Below are positions 1 through 9,223 of a DNA stretch of 47,449 nucleotides, piece by piece; the first letter of the stretch is position 1; every line of letters begins with the position of its first letter. The position numbers and the translations under genes are program-made. The notes below the pieces were generated by a model, which was given only the letters and a program-made list of their open reading frames with translations, did no database searches and was not told where the DNA came from. Source of the DNA: Candidatus Magasanikbacteria bacterium RIFOXYB2_FULL_38_10 (GTDB taxonomy: Bacteria > Patescibacteriota > Patescibacteriia > Magasanikbacterales > UBA10003); NCBI GenBank assembly GCA_001783145.1, contig MFQT01000010.1, forward strand, positions 1 to 47,449, written 5' to 3'.

Positions 1-758
1 TTAGGCCCAACTTTGGAGACTCCATAATCTAAACCTAATCCAAAAAAACCTAAAATCACCACAAACCAAATTATTTTAAGAGTTAGACCAACGACCAATA
101 AACCAAACAATAAACCAAAAACACCTCCCCACACACCTCCGGGCCACCAGCGCTTGCTACGCGCGAAGATTGAAAAAAATATACGTAAAACAAAAAACAA
201 AAAAAACAAAATTAAATAACCATATTGATCAAATTTTTGTTGAAAATTTTTGTTGCCGGGTCTTAGTTTGTCGGAAACATCTTCATTTTTTATAACTGAT
301 TCTATTGTTTTAATTGTTTCCACCACGCCTTTGTCGTAATCACCCAGTTTAAAATAATGTGCGGTTATCTGATCAATAATATTGTGAGCTGTGGCATCGG
401 GCAAAGCGCCCTCTAAGCCATAACCAACCTCCAAACGCATTTTTCTGTCGTCCCTTGCAACTAAAAATAAAACGCCATTATCAGCACCCTTTTTGCCAAT
501 TTGCCAATCTTCAAACAATTTTACGGCAAAATTTTCTATAGTATCTCCTTCTAAACTGGGAATGGTTATCACCGCTATTTCGTGTTTTGTTTGATTCTCA
601 AAAGCACTAAGCTCTTGTTCTAAATTTGCCTTATTTTCTTGGCTTAACATTCCGGCAAAATCGCTAACAAACCCGGTTGGTTTACCGGGATTATAATAGG
701 CGAAGACGATTTGTGGAAAAAACAAAAATGTAAAAATTACTAAAATTAATCGCCTCAT
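1..758 (-). CDS. TPM-domain (TLP18.3/Psb32/MOLO-1 family) membrane protein, 3'-partial (C-terminus runs off the window start)
   Basis: Not in the ORF track because there is no stop in the window. Manual minus-strand translation from ATG at 758..756 gives MRRLILVIFTFLFFPQIVFAYYNPGKPTGFVSDFAGMLSQENKANLEQELSAFENQTKHEIAVITIPSLEGDT...VLFLVARDDRKMRLEVGYGLEG..., then a TM helix and a Gly-rich tail. It lies directly downstream of lemA, as in the widespread LemA-TPM pair. Confidence 0.75.
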   Translation of the reverse strand, partial: MRRLILVIFTFLFFPQIVFAYYNPGKPTGFVSDFAGMLSQENKANLEQELSAFENQTKHEIAVITIPSLEGDTIENFAVKLFEDWQIGKKGADNGVLFLVARDDRKMRLEVGYGLEGALPDATAHNIIDQITAHYFKLGDYDKGVVETIKTIESVIKNEDVSDKLRPGNKNFQQKFDQYGYLILFFLFFVLRIFFSIFARSKRWWPGGVWGGVFGLLFGLLVVGLTLKIIWFVVILGFFGLGLDYGVSKVGP

Positions 759-800
759 ATTTTGAAACAAAATTGGGAGAGGTTTCCTTTTCTTAGATTC

Positions 801-1376
801 CTATTTAACTTCTAAATTAACCTTAGGTGCTGTAGCGGCTTCTTGTACTGCCGCAAACATGGTGCGTGGAGAAAAACCAAACCAACCGGCAACAATATTG
901 CGAGGGAATATTTTAACGGAAACATTGTAGATCTGCACGGCGTCATTATATCTTCCTCTTTCCACACTAACGCGATTTTCCGTACCTTCTAATTGCGCCA
1001 TGAGCGTTTGCACAGCTTCTACAGATTTTAATTGCGGATAGTTTTCCATAATTACCAGCAATCGAGCCAAAGCACCCTCTACTTGATTAACCGCTCCCAC
1101 TTTTTCTTCTGTGGTGGCAGCTCCGGCATATTTAGTTCTGGCTTCGGCCAAGTCTCCAAAAACTTGCTGTTCTTGTTTCATTGCCCCTTTAACAGATTCC
1201 ACCAAATTAGGAATCAAATCAAAACGTCTTTGATACTGATTTTCTACTTGCGCCCAAGATTTGTTTACATTTTCGCGACCGCCAACCAAACCATTATAAA
1301 TACCAACTAAGGAAATGATGATAATGATTATCACTGCCACCACCGCCCCTAAAACAATCTTTGTTGTTTTGGACAT
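801..1376 (-). CDS. lemA: LemA family membrane protein
   Basis: 191 aa with an N-terminal TM helix; LemA-like sequence throughout (NVNKSWAQVENQYQRRFDLIPNLVE...YNDAVQIYNVSVKIFP). Confidence 0.85.
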   Translation of the reverse strand: MSKTTKIVLGAVVAVIIIIIISLVGIYNGLVGGRENVNKSWAQVENQYQRRFDLIPNLVESVKGAMKQEQQVFGDLAEARTKYAGAATTEEKVGAVNQVEGALARLLVIMENYPQLKSVEAVQTLMAQLEGTENRVSVERGRYNDAVQIYNVSVKIFPRNIVAGWFGFSPRTMFAAVQEAATAPKVNLEVK

Positions 1377-1392
1377 AAAATATAATTAAGAA

Positions 1393-2772
1393 TTAATTAA
1401 GTAATTTATTTCTAAAATATTCTCTTAATTCACTCACCGCAATTCTCTCTTGCTCCATGGTATCACGGTCGCGCACTGTGACTTTATTATCTTCCGGGGT
1501 TTCAAAATCCACTGTCAAACAATAGGGCGTGCCAATTTCATCTTGGCGTCTATAACGCTTGCCAATAGAACCGGTTTCATCATATTGAGTCATAAATTCA
1601 CCCCACAGATCAGCTTGAATTTTGCGCGACAGTTCAATTAAAGGCTCTTTTTTAGATAAAGGCAGAATAGCTACTTTAATTGGCGCGAGTGTTTTATGCA
1701 GACGCAGTACTACTTCTGTTTCGTGTTTGCCCTCGCTTTCTCCGCTTCTGGTTTCCACCTCTTCAAAAGCATCCAATAAAAACAATAGTGCGGCCCTGTC
1801 ACACCCCATAGACACTTCGGCAATCCACGGGATAAATTCTTCCCCTGTTTCCTGATCCTTATAGTTCATATCCATCTTGCTGTATTCGCCGTGACGAGAT
1901 AAATCCCAACTCCCTCGGTTATGCACACCGGCAAACTCTTTCCAGCCCATGGGAGTGTTATATTCAATATCCCAAGCATCCTTGGCATAATGAGCCCTTT
2001 CATTTTCTTCATGCTGGCGCCAACGTAAATTTTCTTGATTGTTAACTAATCTTTTATACCAATCCATACTCCACATTCTCCATTCCTGATAAATTTTATC
2101 CACTTCTTTGGGATTAACAAAATACTGCATTTCCATTTGTTCAAATTCACGCATGCGAAAAATAAAATTCTTCACAGTGATTTCATTGCGAAAGGCTTTG
2201 CCTATTTGAGCAATACCAAAAGGCAATTTTTTTCTCATGGAGTCTTTAACACTTAGATAATCAAGATAAATCCCTTGACAAGTTTCGCCGCGCAAATAAG
2301 CTTCACTTTTTTCATCTTCCACAGCGCCTAGCTCTGTTTTCATTAATAAATTAAAATTCTTGGGTGCGGTTAATTCTCCGCCACAATCAGGACAATTAAT
2401 GTTCTTTATGTCTAAAGGCTCTTCTTTAACATAACCCGGCTCCGCCTGTCTTTCTTCTAACAAATGATCCGCCCTAAAACGATGATGGCATGTTTTACAT
2501 TCTACCAACGGATCGTGAAAACTGGCTATGTGACCGCTGGCCTCCCAAACAATTCTAGGAGTCAAAATAGAAGAATCCAAACCAATTACATCGTTGCGCT
2601 TTTGCACTAATGCTTTCCACCATGATTTTTTAATATTATTTTTAAATTCCACGCCCAGCGGGCCGTAATCATAACTGGCTGAAAAACCGCCATAAATTTC
2701 CGAGGAAGGAAAAATAAATCCGCGTCGTTTGCAAAGGGAAATCAATTTGTCCATTTTAGATTGTTCCGCCAT
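1393..2772 (-). CDS. glyQS: glycyl-tRNA synthetase (class II, alpha2 GlyQS type)
   Basis: 459 aa; N-terminus MDKLISLCKRRGFIFPSSEIYGGFSASYDYGPLG is characteristic of GlyRS; class II motifs present. Confidence 0.9.
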   Translation of the reverse strand: MAEQSKMDKLISLCKRRGFIFPSSEIYGGFSASYDYGPLGVEFKNNIKKSWWKALVQKRNDVIGLDSSILTPRIVWEASGHIASFHDPLVECKTCHHRFRADHLLEERQAEPGYVKEEPLDIKNINCPDCGGELTAPKNFNLLMKTELGAVEDEKSEAYLRGETCQGIYLDYLSVKDSMRKKLPFGIAQIGKAFRNEITVKNFIFRMREFEQMEMQYFVNPKEVDKIYQEWRMWSMDWYKRLVNNQENLRWRQHEENERAHYAKDAWDIEYNTPMGWKEFAGVHNRGSWDLSRHGEYSKMDMNYKDQETGEEFIPWIAEVSMGCDRAALLFLLDAFEEVETRSGESEGKHETEVVLRLHKTLAPIKVAILPLSKKEPLIELSRKIQADLWGEFMTQYDETGSIGKRYRRQDEIGTPYCLTVDFETPEDNKVTVRDRDTMEQERIAVSELREYFRNKLLN

Positions 2773-2783
2773 AAATTTTAAAA

Positions 2784-3335
2784 TTAAATCGTCATTACTT
2801 CTTTTTCTTTTTCGTCAGCTAATTGTTTTAAAAAATCATTTTGCTCTTTCATCGTTTTTTCCAATTTTTCCTGCAAAGCAAAACGCTGATCCTCACTTAA
2901 TAATTTGGATTTTTCTTGTTCAGATATTTCGTCTCTTATTTTATCGCGCAGTTGACGCAAGGAAATCCTAGAAGCCTCCAATTTTTGATTAACTACTTTT
3001 AAAAGTTCCTTTCTAAATTCTTCGGTCATAGGAGGCATTACCAAACGTACCATTTTACCGTCATTTACGGGATTTAAACCAATATTAGAAACCAAAATAG
3101 CTTTTTCAATTTCCTTAAGCATGGTTTTATCCCAAGGTTCAATAGTTATGGTTTTAGGGTCAGGAACCGCAATAGAGGCCACGCCCTTTAAATTCATTTT
3201 AGTACCATAAGATTCTACCAGAACAGAATCCAAAATGGCGGAATTAGCGCGACCGGTGCGCAAATGGCTTAATTCTTCTTTTAAGTGTTCCTGAATTTTT
3301 TTAAATTCCGGTAAAAAATTTTCTATTGTTAGCAT
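2784..3335 (-). CDS. frr: ribosome recycling factor
   Basis: 183 aa; full-length RRF-like sequence (LKEELSHLRTGRANSAILDSVLVESYG...). Confidence 0.9.
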   Translation of the reverse strand: MLTIENFLPEFKKIQEHLKEELSHLRTGRANSAILDSVLVESYGTKMNLKGVASIAVPDPKTITIEPWDKTMLKEIEKAILVSNIGLNPVNDGKMVRLVMPPMTEEFRKELLKVVNQKLEASRISLRQLRDKIRDEISEQEKSKLLSEDQRFALQEKLEKTMKEQNDFLKQLADEKEKEVMTI

Positions 3336-3344
3336 AATTGATAA

Positions 3345-4445
3345 TTATTTTTTAATTGCTTGCCCAAAACCCAGATACATTATTTTGGGATCGTTAGAAT
3401 CGATAAGTAAAAAAGTTGGCGGACGAGAACTGGGCAATTTAGAAGTCATCCACTTTACACCGCCGTCAACCGATTTGTAGAAGGTAGAGGCGGTAGCATA
3501 ATAGATCTCATTAGAATTTTGCGGATTAACCGCCACTACTTTAATATCCGCACCATTAGGAGGGGTTAGCAATGTCAAAGCCTGCCAACTCACACCAGCG
3601 TCCCCGGTTTTAATTAAACCATATTGCGAGGCCAAAAGTAAACCTTCTGCTTTAGGATCAAACAAAATTAAATCATGATAAACATACGCTCCGCCATACT
3701 GTTTTAATCCTTGATTTAAATCGGTCCAGGAAACCCCGCCGTCTCCGCTTCTATAAAGTCCTTTTTCTTGTGTGGCCAAATAAATGATCTTGCTATTTAA
3801 AGGATTAACAATCATTTTAACGATTGGATTTTCAAATCTGTTTAAAACCACCCAGTTTTTTCCAAAATCAGTGCTTTTAAGAAAATCCCCCACACTGTTG
3901 CCGGCATATAAGATGGCGCTGGAAAAATTATCAGTTGCAACGGTGGTTAATCTAACCTCCGGACGCCCTTCTTGATAAATAGGAACATAAGTGCGACTAC
4001 AATCTTCCGTTTTTAAAATTAAATTGCCCAAAGCCATGTAAACCCAGCATTTATTTTTATAATCAATAGCCACCCCGCTAACCGTTCCAGCCTTAATTTG
4101 TTCTGGTTTTTGCCAACCATTGCCACCATTATAACTAAAAAGTAAGCCGGTATTAACGCCGGTCGCGTAAAGAGCGGCGTGATCCTGCGGATCAAATGAA
4201 AGGCTTAATACCGCTTCTTTAGAAAAATTCAAAACTTGTCCGCCAATTGTTAAAAATTGTGATCTGGAAACCCAAGTTGCACCCTTATCACCGCTTTTAA
4301 AAATCCCACCATCGGTCACGGCTGGCGCAGAACCAATTTGTACGCAACCAACGCCAACTAAAACTAAGGTGGCTATTAAGAAAAAAGAAAAAAGAAAAAA
4401 TTTACGCATACTGATAAAATTTTCTGCCAGACTTAACCGGCGCAA
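3345..4445 (-). CDS. secreted or membrane-anchored BNR/Ycf48-like beta-propeller protein
   Basis: Six S/G-x-D-x-G-x-x-W BNR-type repeats (KSGDKGATW, SYNGGNGW, KSTDFGKNW, RSGDGGVSW, KTGDAGVSW, KSVDGGVKW). Hydrophobic signal/anchor near the N-terminus; the true start is probably the internal MRKFFLF. Confidence 0.7.
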   Translation of the reverse strand: MRRLSLAENFISMRKFFLFSFFLIATLVLVGVGCVQIGSAPAVTDGGIFKSGDKGATWVSRSQFLTIGGQVLNFSKEAVLSLSFDPQDHAALYATGVNTGLLFSYNGGNGWQKPEQIKAGTVSGVAIDYKNKCWVYMALGNLILKTEDCSRTYVPIYQEGRPEVRLTTVATDNFSSAILYAGNSVGDFLKSTDFGKNWVVLNRFENPIVKMIVNPLNSKIIYLATQEKGLYRSGDGGVSWTDLNQGLKQYGGAYVYHDLILFDPKAEGLLLASQYGLIKTGDAGVSWQALTLLTPPNGADIKVVAVNPQNSNEIYYATASTFYKSVDGGVKWMTSKLPSSRPPTFLLIDSNDPKIMYLGFGQAIKK

Positions 4446-4459
4446 AAATATGATTTAAA

Positions 4460-5446
4460 TTAATAATAAAAAAGGATTAAATTTTCTAAAATTAAACGCG
4501 GATGAATATTCTGTCTTAACATAACCTGGGCTTCTTCTATTTTTTTAATTATTTCTCTTATTTCACCAATTTTTCTTTTTCCTGACTGCGCTCTTAAATC
4601 CGGTAAAAAGGAAATATTTTTAATCAAGTCCTCTTTGTTATCTAACTTAAGTAAAAACAAGTCGCGCCAAAAACTTAGCCAAATATCCAAAATGTTTATC
4701 AAATTATCCCTAGCCTCTATATGGTCTTCTTTATCTTTAAAAAAACTTTCTAGTATTCGCCATCTTTCTTTTAAAGTCCCTTTTAGTGATTTTAAAAAAC
4801 GTTCAGCTTCCGTTTTATAAAAATCATAAGTGGCTATATCAATTAATAAATTTTCGGCTTTAGCCGGACGATTAAAAGATAAACCGGCAATTTCTAAAGC
4901 CTTTTTTTGATCCACCCCTTCTTTAAGGAGGGATTGATAAATGGTTTTTGTGGCCACGGGTAAAAAACGAATTATTTGGCAACGTGATTTAATAGTAGGC
5001 AAAAGTAAACTTTCATCACTAGTCAAAAGTATAAGTAAGGCCTCCTTAGCCCGGGGTTCTTCCAAAGTTTTTAAAAGAGCATTAGCGGCTCCTTTGCTTA
5101 AAAATTCCGCCTCATCTACTACTACAATTTGCCGCCCGCCAACCAAAGAAAAATGATTAAGATAATCTCTAATTTTCCGAACACCATCAATAGAGATGTC
5201 TTTATGTTTTTTGCCACTTTTTAAATCAATTTCCCTTTTAACTAAAAGCCATTCGGCTCCCCCGCCATCTTCTAAACTAATTTTTCCTTTCTTAAACCAG
5301 CCAAGCAATTCTTTGGTCATTTCCCTCGTTCCTGATCCAACAGCTCCTACAAACAAGTAAGCGTGAGATAAATTTCCTTTTTCCCAAGCTCGGTGCAAAA
5401 ACTCCCTTTGTGCTTCATTTCCTACCATATTTTTAATTCTAGCCAA
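4460..5446 (-). CDS. holB: DNA polymerase III delta-prime subunit (AAA+ clamp-loader)
   Basis: 328 aa; Walker A-like GAVGSGT, clamp-loader box IVVVDEAEFLSKGAANALLKTLEEP and SRC motif (KSRCQII). Confidence 0.85.
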   Translation of the reverse strand: MARIKNMVGNEAQREFLHRAWEKGNLSHAYLFVGAVGSGTREMTKELLGWFKKGKISLEDGGGAEWLLVKREIDLKSGKKHKDISIDGVRKIRDYLNHFSLVGGRQIVVVDEAEFLSKGAANALLKTLEEPRAKEALLILLTSDESLLLPTIKSRCQIIRFLPVATKTIYQSLLKEGVDQKKALEIAGLSFNRPAKAENLLIDIATYDFYKTEAERFLKSLKGTLKERWRILESFFKDKEDHIEARDNLINILDIWLSFWRDLFLLKLDNKEDLIKNISFLPDLRAQSGKRKIGEIREIIKKIEEAQVMLRQNIHPRLILENLILFYY

Positions 5447-5472
5447 ATATTTTAAATCACTGGTCCATTATA

Positions 5473-6591
5473 TCATTTTATCAGCCTTAAGACAACCTCA
5501 AAAACTCCTTTAGCTGTCGCCTTCCAGCTAAAATCTTTAGCCCTAATAAAACCTTTTAAAATAATCTCTCTTTTTAAATTTTCATCTTTAATTAATTCTT
5601 CCAAAGCCGTGGCAATTTCTATTGGTTGATAAGGATTAACTAATAAGGCGGCACCATGAGAAATTTCTGGCATAGAAGCTAGATTAGAAGTGATAACCGG
5701 GGTTCCTACGGCAAAAGATTCAACAATTGGTATACCAAAACCTTCATAAAAACTGGGAAAGACAAAAGCCTCGGCTCCGGCCATAAGATAAGGCACGTCT
5801 TTTTCCTCCACCCAACCAGGAAAAATAATATCTTCTTTCCACGGGGAATTTTCCGCCTCTTGTTTAACTCTGGCAAAACCAAAACCCGGTTTACCTAAAA
5901 GTAATAACTGAAAATTAGGGTTGTCTTTTTTAAAAATATTAAAAGACTGAATGATACCGTTGGTGTTCTTTTTTTCTTCCAACCGCCCAATGGTTAAAAA
6001 ATATTTTTTCCGCAAGCCATATTTTTTCTTTGTGTTCTCAATTAAATTTTTGTCCAGATTTTCTTTAAAAGAAATATTATCAAAGCCATTATAAATTGTT
6101 TCCACTTTCCCTTTTTTAAAAATATACTTAATTTCTTCCTTAACAAAATTAGATGGCGTAATAATGGTGGCCCTCTTAAGAGCAAATCGGCTGGCAAAGC
6201 GGGAATAAAACCTTTCAAAAAAAGAATAGCCTCGGGGGAAACGCAAGCCGCCCAAATCATGAATGGTGATTAAAGTTTTGATCGGGCAAAAAAGGGGTAA
6301 AACATGAGCCGGCACAAATAAAACAACATCACTATGCCGATTAAATCTAAGCATTTCCAAGGAAAGACGCACCTGCGTCCAAAGACGCCGCGGCGGCCAA
6401 CTTAAAACTTTTTCCTGCCAATTAGGCGGTAAATTGGCTAATTCACCTTTTAATTTTTCACGGCTGTAAAGAATTACTTGCCAGTCGCCAGGGATAATCT
6501 TCTTTAGTTCTTGGATGACAAAATAAGCATACCATTCTACGCCGGTTTTTTGTTCATTATTGGCACGGGAGGCATCTATTAAAAATAGCAT
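5473..6591 (-). CDS. glycosyltransferase family 4 (GT-B, retaining)
   Basis: 372 aa; C-terminal E-x7-E motif FPSFYEGFGIPIVESFAVGTPVITS. Confidence 0.85.
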   Translation of the reverse strand: MLFLIDASRANNEQKTGVEWYAYFVIQELKKIIPGDWQVILYSREKLKGELANLPPNWQEKVLSWPPRRLWTQVRLSLEMLRFNRHSDVVLFVPAHVLPLFCPIKTLITIHDLGGLRFPRGYSFFERFYSRFASRFALKRATIITPSNFVKEEIKYIFKKGKVETIYNGFDNISFKENLDKNLIENTKKKYGLRKKYFLTIGRLEEKKNTNGIIQSFNIFKKDNPNFQLLLLGKPGFGFARVKQEAENSPWKEDIIFPGWVEEKDVPYLMAGAEAFVFPSFYEGFGIPIVESFAVGTPVITSNLASMPEISHGAALLVNPYQPIEIATALEELIKDENLKREIILKGFIRAKDFSWKATAKGVFEVVLRLIK

Positions 6592-6724
6592 AATAATATC
6601 TTTGTTTAGTGGTACTGAAAATAAACAAACTTGTTATCAGAATAACCTTTTTAGATACCTTTTGGCAAGAGCTAAATAAAAAACCAACACTCACAATTGA
6701 GCGCCGGTTTTTTATTTTTTACTT

Positions 6725-7732
6725 TTATCTTGTAGCTAAAATGGAACGTTTATAGGCGTCTAAATTTTCCAGAGCAATACCCGCCCCTTTGACCACGCAA
6801 AGCACCGGATCGTCGGCTACAAAAGCCGCCACACCAATGGCTTTGGAAAAAAGTTGATCAATATTTCTTAATTGCGATGTTCCGCCGGATAGAACCATGC
6901 CTTTATTCATTATATCTGCGGAAAGCTCGGGGGGCGTATCAAACAAAACTTCTTTTAAGGCCGACACCATTCCCAGCAAATCATCTTGGATAGCTTCGGT
7001 AATATCGTCAGAAGACAAAACAATAGTGCGAGGCAGACCATTTATCATATCACGACCCTTTACTTCCATGGTCAATTTTTTATCTAAGTACGTTGCTGAA
7101 CCCACTTCTATTTTAGCTTCTTCAGCCGTACGTTCGCCAATTGCCAAATTATATTTACGGCGTGTAAATTCCTGAATTGATTTATCTAATTTATTGCCAC
7201 CGATTCTGACTGAGCGGCTACAAACAATGCCACCCAAAGAAAGTACGGCCATTTCCGCTGTGCCGCCACCAATATCAATGATCAAATGACCGGAAGCGCT
7301 ACCAATGGGAATATCGGCGCCAATAGCCGCAACGATTGGTTCTTTAATAATATAAGCAGCGCGAGCTCCGGCAGCAATAGTGGCATCAATTACGGCGCGT
7401 CTTTCAGTGGAAGTAATACCACCGGGCACCGCCACCATAACTTCCGGCCTAAAAAGATGCACCCCGCCTAAGGCCTTATTGATAAAATAACGCAGTAAGG
7501 CTTCGGTGGCTTTGTAATCAGCAATGACACCGTCTTTTAAAGGACGGCTGGCCACTATAGTATCAGGTGTCCTACCAAGCATATCATGCGCTTCTATGCC
7601 CACTGCCAAAATTTTATTATCATTTTTAGAAATAGCAACAACCGAGGGTTCGTTTATTACCACGCCTCTTCCCGGCACATAAACCAAAATACTGGTTGTG
7701 CCTAAATCAATGGCCAATTTCTTTAAAAACAT
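6725..7732 (-). CDS. mreB: rod-shape-determining actin homologue MreB
   Basis: 335 aa; LAIDLGTTSILVY...; actin/Hsp70 phosphate-1, phosphate-2 and adenosine motifs (IIDIGGGTAEMAV). Confidence 0.9.
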   Translation of the reverse strand: MFLKKLAIDLGTTSILVYVPGRGVVINEPSVVAISKNDNKILAVGIEAHDMLGRTPDTIVASRPLKDGVIADYKATEALLRYFINKALGGVHLFRPEVMVAVPGGITSTERRAVIDATIAAGARAAYIIKEPIVAAIGADIPIGSASGHLIIDIGGGTAEMAVLSLGGIVCSRSVRIGGNKLDKSIQEFTRRKYNLAIGERTAEEAKIEVGSATYLDKKLTMEVKGRDMINGLPRTIVLSSDDITEAIQDDLLGMVSALKEVLFDTPPELSADIMNKGMVLSGGTSQLRNIDQLFSKAIGVAAFVADDPVLCVVKGAGIALENLDAYKRSILATR

Positions 7733-7759
7733 AAATTAAGTGAGAGCGGCTAAAACTTC

Positions 7760-9196
7760 CTATTTAATCTCATTTATTTTAAACTCTCTGTCTACGGTTA
7801 AATCCGTATCTTGAGAAAAACTCTTCTCCTCCCCTTCTGTCTTATCAAAATTCAAATCTACTGTCAACGCCGATCCGATAGAACCCAATTGCTTTTGAAC
7901 AAATAATGTGTACGAACCATTTTTAATTTGTTCGGCAACTCTTGGAGGCAAAAAATATTCAATAGTTAAAGTTTTCTTGGTTTTTGGTTCCACACTTAAA
8001 AAACCGCCAAAAAAAACTTTATCCAAATCATTACTCACATCTGCTTCAACTTTTTTATTCTGCTCATTTATAAAACCATCGGCACTGATCAGACGCGAAC
8101 CTTCCGGAACATAAATTCTAGTATAAGTACGATAGCGCGTAGTTTTCCAATCAAACTCTCCCCCGTGGTCATATTCAATAGATACCCTGGCTTTATAATC
8201 ATTTCCTTCCAAACTAAGTTCATATTTAATTTTTCGCTTAACGGCCGGATCGGTTTTTAAACTGGCCAAATTGGCATCTACCACCAAAAGATAATCGGAA
8301 TCGGTTTTCTTGATAGCGCCGGACCAATTATTTCTTTCTAAATTTTTTTGCAACTCTTCGTTGTTGCTAAAAATCATAATTTGTTTTTGTTTAAATAAAT
8401 CCATTCCCAAACTCAACAAATCCTGCCACTTCCAAGGGGGCAAGGAGGTGACTTTTTTTAACAACTCAAAACTTAAATCTTTAATTATAGATTTACGTTC
8501 CTCTTTTTTTGCCCCTTCATCTTTGTAACCGTATTCCACGTGATACTCCAAAGCCTCGGTAAAATTTTCAGCAGAAAATTTCTTATCCCTGACACTTAAA
8601 GGCCCTGTAAGCGCCATTAATCTTTCTACTACCGTAGGAGTTAAACCTAAAACACCGTCAATTTTAGAACCGTTTATTCCTCCCTCAAAACGATAAAACC
8701 ACAAGGAGGTTTTGGCTGAAGTGGGAAAATCCGGCGACCAATTAGAATCTCTAAAAAACCAAAGCTCTTGCTTCAAAAACTTTTTCAAAGGCGCTGGCGA
8801 TTCTACTCTAAAATCTGTGGGAGCCGCCCAATCCAAATTTTCCGAACCGTCGGTTTTTAAAATATCAATCTTTCCGCTATCAACCTTAACTAAGGCATAA
8901 CTGCCAATAAAACCCCCGCCGGGTCTAATTTCCGTATTATTCAAAAACAGAACCAAATAAGTCTGAGGTCTGGTAAAACCCAAAAAAGAGGGCACAAAAG
9001 AAAGCGCATCTTTAAAACTTTCCGCTTGATTAAAAAAAGTTTCTTCTTGTTTGTTATTAATGAAACTATTTTTATAAAAGAACCAAAAACCAAGACCAAA
9101 AATCAACAATGAAAAAAAGACAACGGAAAAAAATTTCCAATATTTAAAACGTCTTTCTCTGTGGGCAAATGGTTGAATCAGGGGTGATTTTTCCAT
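7760..9196 (-). CDS. membrane-anchored DUF4012-like envelope protein
   Basis: 478 aa; N-terminal TM; RPGGGFIGSYALVKVD motif as in DUF4012 proteins that accompany glycosyltransferases in Patescibacteria. Confidence 0.6.
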   Translation of the reverse strand: MEKSPLIQPFAHRERRFKYWKFFSVVFFSLLIFGLGFWFFYKNSFINNKQEETFFNQAESFKDALSFVPSFLGFTRPQTYLVLFLNNTEIRPGGGFIGSYALVKVDSGKIDILKTDGSENLDWAAPTDFRVESPAPLKKFLKQELWFFRDSNWSPDFPTSAKTSLWFYRFEGGINGSKIDGVLGLTPTVVERLMALTGPLSVRDKKFSAENFTEALEYHVEYGYKDEGAKKEERKSIIKDLSFELLKKVTSLPPWKWQDLLSLGMDLFKQKQIMIFSNNEELQKNLERNNWSGAIKKTDSDYLLVVDANLASLKTDPAVKRKIKYELSLEGNDYKARVSIEYDHGGEFDWKTTRYRTYTRIYVPEGSRLISADGFINEQNKKVEADVSNDLDKVFFGGFLSVEPKTKKTLTIEYFLPPRVAEQIKNGSYTLFVQKQLGSIGSALTVDLNFDKTEGEEKSFSQDTDLTVDREFKINEIK

Positions 9197-9223
9197 AAAA
9201 ATATCAAACAGTTAATAACGGAC

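Noticed and set aside
1032-1310. 92-aa plus-strand ORF inside lemA
   Set aside because: Antisense to lemA; no start context.
6592-6724. Terminator downstream of mreB
   Set aside because: Only a 4-bp stem (ctca-caat-tgag) and a ccgg self-complement before the T-run, so no convincing hairpin.
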